Both the position numbers and the translations under genes were made by a program. The notes under the pieces were generated by a model. The model was not told the origin of the DNA, did not search any database, and saw only the letters and a list, made by a program, of their open reading frames with translations. 64,000 nt of DNA from Anthoceros angustus (Eukaryota; Plantae; Anthocerotophyta): contig MU008155.1 of assembly GCA_010909165.1 (NCBI GenBank), positions 558,001 to 622,000 of the forward strand. Direction: 5' to 3'. Every line of letters starts with the position of its first letter. Positions within the stretch are counted from its first letter, which is position 1. This document shows positions 36,601 to 47,430 of the stretch, one piece after another.

Positions 36601-38518
36601 CGGCCTGTGAGGCTCCCACAAAGTCCGTGGCGGGGCCGGCATCTCCTGATCCGCCAAGGACCTCCATACGGTCAGGAGTAAGTCCGGGGGTTCTCCGGAC
36701 CTAATCGGGACCCTTAGGTCTGAGTCTTGGCTCGGGCTTCCCTCCTTGGCCCTTTTGGCGAGCTCCTTCTCGCCCTTTTCCTCCACGGGGCTCGGAGGAG
36801 GTGAGGAGTCGGGAGCAAGCCTTTTGCCCCTTCTGTCGGCTGAGGACCCGGCTCGAGTGCGGCTGCAGTGTCCTCCGCTCCACAGGCGCGTCCCTTTACG
36901 CCCTCCTTCTGCTTCCTCCGCTTCTTGCCACTCAGTGGCGGGGAAGAATCTTGGCCGGCCCAGGGTGCAGCGTTGGTAGCCGTGGTCTTGCGTCTCTTGG
37001 CTCCCTCACAGTCGGCGGGGCTCCTCGGCGGTAGGAGTGGTGGCGGTGGGCTGGGGTCGGGGCAGCTTCTGCTGGGCTGGTTGGGGCACGAGGAGGAGGC
37101 GGGAATTTCTTCCCATACTTCCACAGGTGGTGAGGGGTCCGTTCAGACGTATGGAGTCAGGAATCCTCGATCGTCCTCCTCCGTCGTTTGGCTTTCGGCT
37201 CGGCCTCCTCCCTCGGCGCCCTTGCCGCTCCACTTCCCGGGGCCTCCGGTCCTTTCGGGGCTCGCTCAAGCTCTCCTTCCTTGAGGAGCTCGAAATGCCC
37301 CATACATGGATCGGTATGGGGGCCCAGATGGCGAGGCTTCTCGGTCCACGAGCTTGCGAGCCTCACAGCTAAACAGGCGATAATCCTTCCCGTCGCCCTC
37401 TTCCCAGCGCGTGCGGGGAATACAGCAGATTATCACCAAGGTGATCCACCTTGGTAGTAGGTTCGATGGACAATGATCCGGGCCACGCCCTTACTCGGCA
37501 TCAGGTCGGATATCGACCAACCGTTGGTGGTCGGGTCGTCGAGCCTCGGCGCCTGCAGGCGGCCCTATCTTCCCTTCGCCTTGAGGCTCGGCACCACTCC
37601 CCTCTTCCTCCTTTGGGCGGTTGTAGGCGCCTCGGGACCTCAAGGTCCATCGCCTTGGGTCCTCCGGAGGTTCTTGGACCGCACCTCCTTATTGACCGCC
37701 GCCCGGCATCTTCGGGCGAACTCCGGACGGTGACACTGTCAAATGTCCAGACCATCTGGAACACATCCAAATGCCACTCCTGCACCAATTCTCCCCTTCC
37801 TGGGCGGGCCCAAAGTCCGGATAGCGCGGGTCACAATGTTGCGCTCCACAAGGTTCCATGGCTCCCAAACTTCCAGGCTTTTGGGTGCCATCGCCTTCTC
37901 CTCCCTTGGTTGCATGGCAGCTTGCCGGAGGCTGGCGTTGCGCCTTCGCCGCGCGTTGCTCCGACCTCAGCGGTGAGCCGAGCGTCTAGTGTCCCAGATA
38001 CCCGAGCGGTTGCGGGCGCAGAGATCGCGAAATTGTCTCGGTGCGCGAAATGACCTTCCCCTTGACGCTCCTTGGGAGTAACTGGGCGCCTCTTCCTGTG
38101 GCGCAGTGCGCGGGCTTACGACCTTCGCCTCCGCTTACCTGCGGCCTTCGCGCGCTGCACTACGGCCTTACGCCGCGCGGGTCGCGGCGTGAATACTGCT
38201 ATAGCGGCCTCAGCAAGGTTCGGTCTGGCGGTGCATGCCGTTCTCCACTCGAGTTGCCCACGTGGCGGCGCTGGTCCGCTCACGGCTCAACTCTGAGTTA
38301 CAGGCGTACTTATCACTGGTCTTGGAGTGGGTCGGACTTATCATTACTGCCTACCATAGTAGGTCTGGTACGTTCCTCACTCCGGTCCGGAGTATACTCA
38401 GTCGTCCGGAGTGCTACCCATGCTTATTTCCCCTTTTTAGCCTCATTTTATCCTTTACTCCTACAAAAAACAAAACCCTACTAATTTCTAACCGGAAGTC
38501 AGTAGTCCTGTTGCCCAA
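33685..38518 (-). mobile_element. Giant (~4.8 kb) 5' LTR of the Gypsy element, containing the same internal ORF (~38050-35150)
   Basis: End-to-end homology with the solo LTR 20913-26055, directly followed by PBS and gag. ~300-bp tandem repeat and CCGGACCTCG motifs at 34570-35150. Confidence 0.8.
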
Positions 38519-38872
38519 TGGAACTGTGAGGCGTGCCAGCGCAGGAGTCGTGCTCAAGGGGCGCCGCCCAATGGCGTGCCAAGGCGTGCCAAGGACATGC
38601 CACATGTTCCTCCGAGGCGTGCCCTCGGCTCCGCCTAAGGGCATCAATGATTAAATCGCTGCTCATAATCGATACAATGAAAATGTTTTGGTGATTTGCG
38701 GAAGCAGTGGCTCTCCATCGAGAGGCTGCGTGTGTTCTCGCGGGATTACTGCAAGAATCATCACCCACCTTCGAGAATGCGAAATAAGCGTTGGTGCCCC
38801 TTAAATTGTATTCTCTCTACAGACGATTTGCTAACATGTGGCCGATTTTCATTCCGTGTTTTGATTCCGGAT

Positions 38873-39553
38873 ATGTCAAGTAGTGGGAGAAAAGTCCGTG
38901 CGAAGCACGCCAACGTAGTGGACCATCCTCCACAGCAACCTCCCTCCAAGCGGCGAAAGCGATGCAGAGGCAAGGGGCTGCAGGAAGCGGGAAGGCACGG
39001 GGTGATGGCAGTGGTGCAGAAACAAGGCAGAATCGATTGCACATAAGCGGGACTCGGTGCACATGGGCACTCCCAAGGGAAGAGTGGAGCGTCCCAAGGG
39101 GCTTGAGAAGGAAGAAGGAGGAAGGAGCATCAGGTTAGTCGAAGATAGTACCGGACATTGTTTGACTAGGCATTGTTCCGGGCACTACGGAGAACCCTTT
39201 CACCGAGAAAGGACTTGAAGGAGATATGTCATCTTCACTGAGCAGGTCTACTTGACAAGGAATGGTGCATCCATGAAGAAGGTATCGATTCCACTCGGCC
39301 AACTTTGATCCAATCGTTATGGGTCAATGGATACATGGACGTGTTGAAGACACGGAAGATAGTGGTGGGCTACATTCTATGGGCTTGGAAGTACAGTCGG
39401 ATCAAATGTGAGTGAAGCTTTTGATGCACTATGAAGAAGTTTTACATGAAGACTTCTAATTGTCATCGGATGCTTGTCTTGGCCGGACAAGTTGATTGCG
39501 AGACGCAACACACGGACCGAGGCGGACTTGGCGTTGCTCTTACACTAGACAAG
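38873..39553 (+). pseudogene. Unknown frameshifted ORF with basic NLS-like N-terminus
   Basis: MSSSGRKVRAK..PPSKRRKR, then coding-like purine-rich sequence ending at a donor-like AAG|GTGAG. Confidence 0.3.
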
Positions 39554-39614
39554 GTGAGCTTAATTCTATGTTTTCGTTCTAACTTTGAGTGGTTTGAAGG
39601 ATAGGCCGCCTCGA

Positions 39615-39985
39615 CGCTTGTGCACCAAAGGCCCCTCTGTGCGGTGTGCGCGCATGCGCGCACCGCCCCACCTCCTCACCCCCATGACCCTCACCGCCAC
39701 CCGCCCGCCCATGCGCCGTGCGTGCGCGCACCGCCATCCGCTCCGGGGCCCATGGTGCGCACAAGTGCGCACCGACCAGTGCGCGCGCATGCCCCCCCAG
39801 GGCGGGTGCGCGCGCGTGCGCGCACCATCCCCAGCGCACCGCCCCACATCTGCGCAGCGGCGCACCGCCATCCCGCCCTCGGGGCGCTTGGTGTGCGCGC
39901 GCCCCAGACCATGCGCGCAGCCTCTCTCAGCGCATGGTCTTGCTTGCCGTGCGCCGCAAGTCGCTCATGTGCGCACCGGCCGGTG
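39615..39985. repeat. GCGC/GTGCGCAC-dense CpG island with nested palindromes
   Basis: e.g. GGTGTGCGCGCATGCGCGCACC and GGTGCGCGCGCGTGCGCGCACC, with repeated GCGCACCGCC. Confidence 0.85.
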
Positions 39986-40101
39986 CTTGTTGTCTTCCAT
40001 TGTTCAATTTTTGCGGCGGGATGGTAATCCTCTTGGTTTTCTTCACACGCGTTTGTGAATGCCACGCGTTTCTCCGCAAAGAGATCGTAGTTGGCTTAAT
40101 T

Positions 40102-42900
40102 ATGACAAAGATGGCCGATGAAGCTGGGTGGTCAACCTATTGTGGAGAAGCGGCGGAAGGAAGGCGGCAATTTGCAACATCGCTAAGCCGCCGTCGTCTG
40201 CTGACTATGGAGGAAGAACTATCGAAGACTCCATGGACCAAGATACCGAAGGTATGAGCGCCAACGGATAGAGAGGTTGAGGATGAAGCGAGATAGTGGG
40301 GATCGCGAAGAGGGGCGGATGATGAGGAGGCGGATGTTGAAGCCGTGGGTTTGAAGCATGAGATGAATAGGAATGAGGAGACCCAAAGTGAGGGACTATC
40401 CAAACGGTCCTCAAATGCATCCAAAATCAGTTGTTTTGCCATCATGAACAAATATTGAAGAGTCTAGAAAACATCCGCTGTCAAGGCGAAAGAGCAAAGG
40501 GATATATCGTCGAAAGAGAAGAAGGCGGAAGAAAGGCCGAGCACCCAAGGCGAGGACACAGAGGAGGATCTTGAAATTGTTCGAGACTCGCCAAAAAGGC
40601 AAGGGCAAAAGCGTGAAGAGGGCTACGCATACGAGGACAATAGTCCGCAATCAGGCGGTGATTACAAAAGCGTGATGGCGGACAACGATAGAGTGGAGGC
40701 GCAGTGAGCGGATCCTCTCAACCAAATCCAAGTCGGCACAAGAAGAGATGCATCCCTCACACGGACATGGTTGCCATCACCCAGAAGCGCTGATTATTTA
40801 ACCCGAGATGCTCAAATCGGAAGAGTAGATGAGTCTTGGGAAAACATCTTCTCCGAGAAATAAAAAGGGACGGTGCAAGAAGGAGTACTTCCTCCTTTGT
40901 ATGATAGACCCAAGAGAGTGCCCAGCGATCGGCGACTACGATAAGGATAAGTGAAGAAACAACAATACACTATGGGAGTGTTAGGAGGAAAATCACGCTT
41001 CTATGCTTTCCAGAGACTATATGCCGAGGACCCGAGAATTCGCACAATATATGGAAGCCCATATCTATGCGGGTTGACGCGCCGAGATGAGATGTTTGTA
41101 GCGGATCACAATGTAAAGGCCGATTTGAAGCGGATGTCCTTCATCGAGCAAGTTCGATACATCCATGATGAGATGAAGATTGCTGCGGATGGCGTTAACA
41201 TTACTATGGTGGAAATACAATACGGGATGCTCGGCGTGATCGGGGATGCCGCGACCGTGAAGATATGCACGGTTGGTAGACCGACCGTGCTGCATTCAGT
41301 CTCCGGCGCATGTGCAGGATAGGGTGGATGAAGTATTCGACCTTTGGGAGAAAGGCGAGCCTCGGGAAACCGCAAAAAGGCAGCAAAGAGGAAAATCAAG
41401 CGGCGGCCACGAACTGAACCCGGTCACGAGATCCGAATCTTATTGTAAAGCCAATGCATGCGACTGGCGGGTGTTCGAGGAATGCCTCGGGAGAGGGCGG
41501 CGGATTATGCTATCGCCGGAGAAAGTAATTCGGGAGAGTTAAGCGTGGCGGCATGAAGACGTGGATCATAAAGGCAAAAAGTTAAATGTGATACAAACAG
41601 TTCTTCGGGTTTACGGTGTCGTCATTTGCGAGAGGTTGAGAGAGTAGTACCGGCACTCGGCGGATGATATCGCAAAGTTTCAACCGGTTTTCGACCACAT
41701 CGTAAGTTATTCTCGTTCTCGCTATGGATTAGGGTGCGCGCACTTGTTTGCGCATCCCCATCATTGTCAAATTCACAATGCTTTTTGGTACTCGCGGACT
41801 TTGAAGCGGTGAGAGTACAAAGAAAAGTCATTCCGAGATAGCTTCAAAGAGCATATCAACGCAGCAGGCGGAAGAGGGTGGAAGACCTTGAGAGAATTAG
41901 CGAGAGGAGGACAATGATGCTAAACTATCCACGTTCCAAGTCCCAAAAAGCAAACAGAAGTCGGTACCAAGTAATTCGGTGATATTCGCGAAATGGCGGC
42001 TATCTTGGAAAGCGGAATACAAAGCTGGTTGTTGATTTGCCAAGAGGGAATGTAGCCGAATCATGGGATCAGGAGATGACATCCGAAGATTATGAAAAAA
42101 TCATGGATGGGTTCATGGATGTGATCTGCAAAACCTTTCGAGTGGTATTCATGCATGGTCCGGATCGGATGCGGGCGTTGAATGCGCTGCGTAAATGGTG
42201 TGTGTGGGGGTGTTATACCATGGTGTGGGAGAAAGATAATTTAATTGCATGAAGGTCTATATGAGAATTGTGAATATTTTACGGTGGGTATGGTGTCCAC
42301 CCTACTCGAAGATATGAAATGCGGTCTGACGCATCGTGATGCAGGGGAGCCATGCCGCTTTCATTAGACACAGGCCGTCGTGAAGAAACTTTTGAATGTG
42401 TCAAGCGATGGACATGTTGTAAACCCTTACACCAATAGGGCTTATGGTTATGACCTTTTCACGGAGAGGGAGTGGGTAATAGATGGGTGCTCGGAGGAGC
42501 GGTATATTTAGCAAATTGGAAGGCGCAATTGCATCGCCATCGACCGAGCAAAGAAGCACCATTTTCATTGATCACGGATAACGGGCATGAGGTTTTCCCA
42601 GTGATGAGGAAGCGACAACCAAGCCACATAAGCGAGGGCATCCGGTTTTCGCAAAGGAGTTAGGAAGGTCTATCAAGTCGGGCGTCGTTTCTTCATTTAA
42701 CTCATGGCACTTCCGCTCCCATCGATCTTGAGTTTGAGTCAATCCGGGGACCACAGAAGAAAAGGAGAAAGCAACAACGAAAGAATCGAAACACCAAGAA
42801 GCGTCGATGAGCAAGAAACAGCCCGGTGAAGGATCCCACTTGGGACATTTATTCTGAGCGTTGGCATGGGCGGATTTATAGGGCAAACCCAGATCAAAAT
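40102..42900 (+). pseudogene. ParB-like domain + beta-class N4-cytosine/N6-adenine DNA methyltransferase fusion (frameshifted in this assembly)
   Basis: Charged N-terminal tail. ParB-like Q.RVDESW.KHLLREIKRDG (40813), VLGG(a)NH..YAFQRL (40980) and HN..MSFIEQ. MTase motifs in beta order: GDIRE (41978), LVVDLPRG..SWD (42034), MVWEK (42220), ENCEYFTVG (42263), VNPY..PIGL (42419), EWVIDGCS (42470) and GRRNCIAID (42518). Confidence 0.72.
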
Positions 42901-43914
42901 CTTGCGGTTCACGATCCCCTCTATCAATCAGATGACATTATTGTCCCGATCGAAACACAAAGCGTTTGAGGACGATTGAGAATGTGAACATAAATTAGGC
43001 GTTTGGCGGTAGGCGGGCGCACATGTTTGCGCCTGACTTAATATTTTTCACGATATACACAAGTCCACAAGGTGGACTACGGTTTCATCTTGTCATTATT
43101 CTTTACATTTCAATAACACACATTATGTGTCCGCTTCTTAGTTATAGGAAAACACGAGGGTTTGCTACATAATAGCCGATTGTGTTCGGATTTTGCATGG
43201 CGCAAAAGGGTCCATCCTTAGACATGTGCAAGAAGGGTTCTGGAGAAACCCTTTCTACCAGCAGCATTAATAGAAAGTACATGCCTTTATGTAGGCAAGG
43301 TTGTTGTAACCAATAAGTGGTTGTAACAACTAACCAATTAAATAACTACTAAAAGAAACTACCTAGAGCCCTAAGGACTAAATTAATTATTAAGTCCTAG
43401 GTGCCCTAGTGAAGAGTGCCCTAATAGTAAGCTATTTTATCACCTCTCTCGCCACATCTCGCCCAGCCTCAGCCCTGGTCATCGCTAGCCTGTCGTCATC
43501 CGTGGCCACAGCACTGTCCTTGGCCTTCTCTATGAACTTTGGGAGCTCTTGTGGCCCCTCTCGGACACCATGTGGCAACTGTTGCTTCGCCGCGCACTTG
43601 TTGACCTTCCCACACCGCCATCCTCGACGCTGATTGCCAGCACTCTCAATCCCTGCCCTCTTTTTCCTCGACGGTCTATCCACAACTGGCAAGACAGCTT
43701 GAACCCTGCGAGTGCCATGGATAGACCCGAATCCTCGGTCTGTTGCATCCTCCTCTGCCCCATCATCCTCTTCCATATATGTCTTCATCGTCGGGGCCTA
43801 GATATGGTCCCCCATCCTCTTGACCATCAGCGAGAATGCCATCGCCAAACCCCTCATTGTCTTGGTCCCCACCCGCATCCTCATCTTCGTCTTCGTCGGC
43901 TAGAGAGGTTAGGG

Positions 43915-45170
43915 CCCTACTAGAAATGGCAGCCCATGTTATAGTCGTTGTTGCAATTTTATGTTACACTTCCAAATTGCAACAAGCTATGTAGGCTTGG
44001 TATTAAGTTTGACACTATTCCCCTCTCATTTTGTCACCATCTTAACACGAACCTGACTCTCTCTCTCATCACCTCACCCTCCTAAGTACACCCTCTCTCT
44101 CACAAGCATTGTTTATGATTTCAAACATGTACTATGCAAACCCGCTTATGTTACAGCCTTTTGTTACAATTTCATGTAACACTTTCCATTTGGAACACTC
44201 ATTAAGTTAGTTGGCTTGATGTTAAGTTTGTGATACTCTTTTCCACCTTCTCTCACCATCTTAACAACATGCAAGTGGTCTGTTGACCTTACACCTCACC
44301 ATTAAGAGCTTAGCATTAAGTTTGTTGGCTTGGTGTTAAGTTTGTGATTTTCTTCTCCACCTTCTCTCACCATCTTAACAACCGCTTTGGTCTCTCCTTT
44401 CACCTCACACTCCTAGTTAATGCTCGATGACACCCATTTTATAATTTTTCCCTCTTTGTGTTGCAACATGTATTCCCTCTCTCACACTTCTATTTTATTC
44501 TTCCCCTCTTGCTTTTCCTACATGACAGTAACCATGAACTCTATCTCTCTCCTTGTGGTTGTCATTCTCTTTCCATTTTGCCTCCTTTGCATAGCTATGC
44601 ATTTATAATCTACCTTCCCTCTTCAATGCACCCTTGTGTCCACATGTGGAGAGGGATCTGAGGTAGAGGAGGAGGAGGAGGAGAAGGAGAGGCAAGGAGG
44701 AAAAGGGGGAGAGGGATTTGAGGTAGAGGAGGAGGAGAGGGAGGGAGGAACCAGACTGTGATGTAACCAGATTGTGATGTGACGTTAGAGAAGACGATGC
44801 GTGTTGCGTAACCGCATGCAATCAAAAGGTAATCACAACACGCATTCCATAGGGTAATAGTAGTAAAAGGAAGAAGGTAGATGGGGAGGAGGTTCGATAC
44901 CAAGCCTCCAAAAGTGTTACAAGACTTTTCTTGTAACACTTTATATGTTGTAATCTTGAGAGAGGACAAAAGCACCTCTCACTTCATCTCAACATAATTG
45001 CAACACCATTGCAACATGGTTGCAACAAACGCTCCGGTTTGGTTTCCAAGCCAAAATGTAATAAGAGGCCCAAAAAGTGTTACATGACCCCAAAATTGCA
45101 ACATAAGTGTTACATCTAGGGGTCCAAATCTTAACATAAAGTGTAACATGGGCTGCCATTTCTATTAGGG
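43915..45170. mobile_element. Non-autonomous CACTA/CMC-like DNA transposon with CCCTA termini
   Basis: 27-bp TIRs CCCTA(C/A)TAGAAATGGCAGCCCATGTTA (26/27 match). 3-bp TSD GGG. Many subterminal TGTTACA/TGTTGCA motifs in both orientations. Confidence 0.88.
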
Positions 45171-46499
45171 GGGTCACATCATCGCAGCGGCCATGGACTA
45201 CGAAAAGCCCGCGGCGGCTGGAGGGCGGACTGTTTGGACTCAAGAACCGGACGTCTGTGTCCCGCAACCCCTCTCTCCCGCAGACCTCGGTCAGAACTAG
45301 ACAAACGTGCCCATGATTAAATTTTGTGCCACCTCCTTTGTTGCGCTTTGCTTTGTACCGCTTCAGTGCATATCGTGGCCACAATCGCCTCGCAGTAGCC
45401 GGGAGTTGCTCGCCCATTCGGCACTAGGAGTTGCCATTTGATTTCCACCCAGATGCCATGCTGGGGCCTTCACGTACAGAGTCCCTTTAGATGTAAGCAA
45501 TGCATCATCCCGCACACCTTCTAAACATTGCTAATGCAAAGCCTTGTGGAAGACATGATGTCCATCAGGTATGCAATGATGCCTCCAAAAGTTCTTGCCT
45601 TTTCCGCTCAAGTTGGCACGCCACAATGTCAAAGTTCTTCACCGCGACCAGTACACTCTAATCCATTGCGGTGTCCGTATTTAAGAGGCTCCTTGTGCTT
45701 GAGCCATATCAACAATATAGCACCCGCTCATCCTCAATGACTGACTGCGTAAAAACAACCGCTCCTGTACATTTCTTTTGGTTGGTGTGGTTGGCATCGT
45801 CCTCCATCAATACATCCAAGAAGACCAAGTCTTGATTGGGTCGTTGTTGCACTGTCCAACTTCTCATTGTGATGTCAAATGGCGAGATCATCTTGTACAT
45901 CTGCTGGATCATGTCAATATCGGACCGCTTGTAAGGACTCTGGAAAGATGCCTTAGTCGGAGGAGATGCTCTGGTGGGAGGAGACGCATTAGGTGGCTCA
46001 GTTTGAGTTGTCCTTGGAGTCCGGGCTCGTCGCCTCGTTCAAGGCTTGTGAGTCTGTACCCTTCCGTCTAGCCTTTTTTTTTCTCCACCGGAGCATCCTG
46101 CGATTTGTTGGTGTCATTCTTCCGCTTCGGCTCCTTCGGAGGAGCCATTTTGTATGCAACTATGAAAGAAGTGAGAGCACAAAAGTGTTGTATTTGTTAA
46201 AAGTTGATACCTGCATGACCTGCAACTTCGCAAATCACGGGACAATCTGTGTGCAAGCGGGGGTTGAGAAGTTGATGCTCATAGTCAACTAGCACTCCCT
46301 GCTGAAATCTCAAGAGCAAAAGAATTGCACGTTGCGACTGAGGAGATCGAGAATGTGCTGATCCTGAGGCTGCCAACGCCGCCGGTGGACAAAGTGCGGT
46401 CGGTATGAGCCTGACGAACTGCGTTTTATGCTAAAATCTCCTACCTTTTCCGCCAACACATAAGCTAGAGGGAAATACACATCTTCTCGCCAAAGTGGA

Positions 46500-47430
46500 A
46501 TGAATCTACACCAAGGAGAGAGGGAAAGGTGGGGTCGGATGACAGTTCATAGGTGGCGGACAGAGAACAATGATGCATTGGAGGGAAGGTACATGGAGGA
46601 GTTTGTGATACGCAAGCGTCTACCAGGTCTTAGGAAAAAAGGCCGGAGGACAAAGAATGGAGGCAGAGGGCGTCAGGAGAAGCATTTGCAAAGCCTAAAC
46701 TTCCCAGAGACAAATGTGCTAGCCTATGATTTCGCGCTGACAAGGAACAAGACGTTGCAAAGGATAACAATAAAGCTGATAAAGACTAAGGTCTTTGAGT
46801 TGCGTTTAGAGCTGGCTGATGAGCTGGCGAGGCCTCCGCCAGCTGACACGAATGTTATGCCTGAAGACATGATTGACTCGAAAGACCTCGACAATGTGGA
46901 ATCAACGGATGAGTCCACAGATGTGGTGGTAGACCAGCTGGATGGTCTGGACTCTGGGGAGGAGCCGGACAGTAGGCCACCTAATATTATCAACTCCCAA
47001 TTCCTTGTACCAGGAACGTTATGTCCCCTCGTGCTTGAATGCAGTGGGTTGTTTTGCGTTTTTCGTAGAAGGTTTTAACAGCTTGCTATCCGCATCATTT
47101 TTTTTTGTAGAAAGTAACCGATGTGCGAATGTCCGAAGCATGTAAACTGCCACTGTGTAGCAACCATAGTTGGTGAATCGGGTGCCCTAATTTTGTAACC
47201 ATGTTCTGGTGGTTTTGTCCAGTTGAGAGTGGTAGGCTGCGAGGCTTCAATGGTGACCATGCTGGTGATATGTGTTCTGAGCTTGTATTGTGGCAGATGT
47301 GTCCGCAAAGGATGTTCACAGTCACAGGATGTCCGGTGGCAAAGGTATGTATGCCGCAAAGCAAGTGCGCCCATGTGGATTTTTCGCTTCCCGTTATGCA
47401 TGCTGTCGCATTCCAGTACCGGCAAGTGAG
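46500..47430 (+). other. Degenerate ORF(s) of unknown, probably TE, origin
   Basis: 192-aa ORF with basic and acidic tracts, followed by a Cys-rich segment (YCGRC..YVCRK) containing stops. Confidence 0.25.

Noticed and set aside
21100-38500. Numerous overlapping 60-300 aa ORFs on both strands
   Set aside because: These are GC-rich shadow frames of frameshifted retroelement sequence.
43220-43262. AAGGGTT..AACCCTT hairpin as a Helitron 3' end for the MTase unit
   Set aside because: No correctly spaced CTRR terminus and no Rep/helicase nearby.
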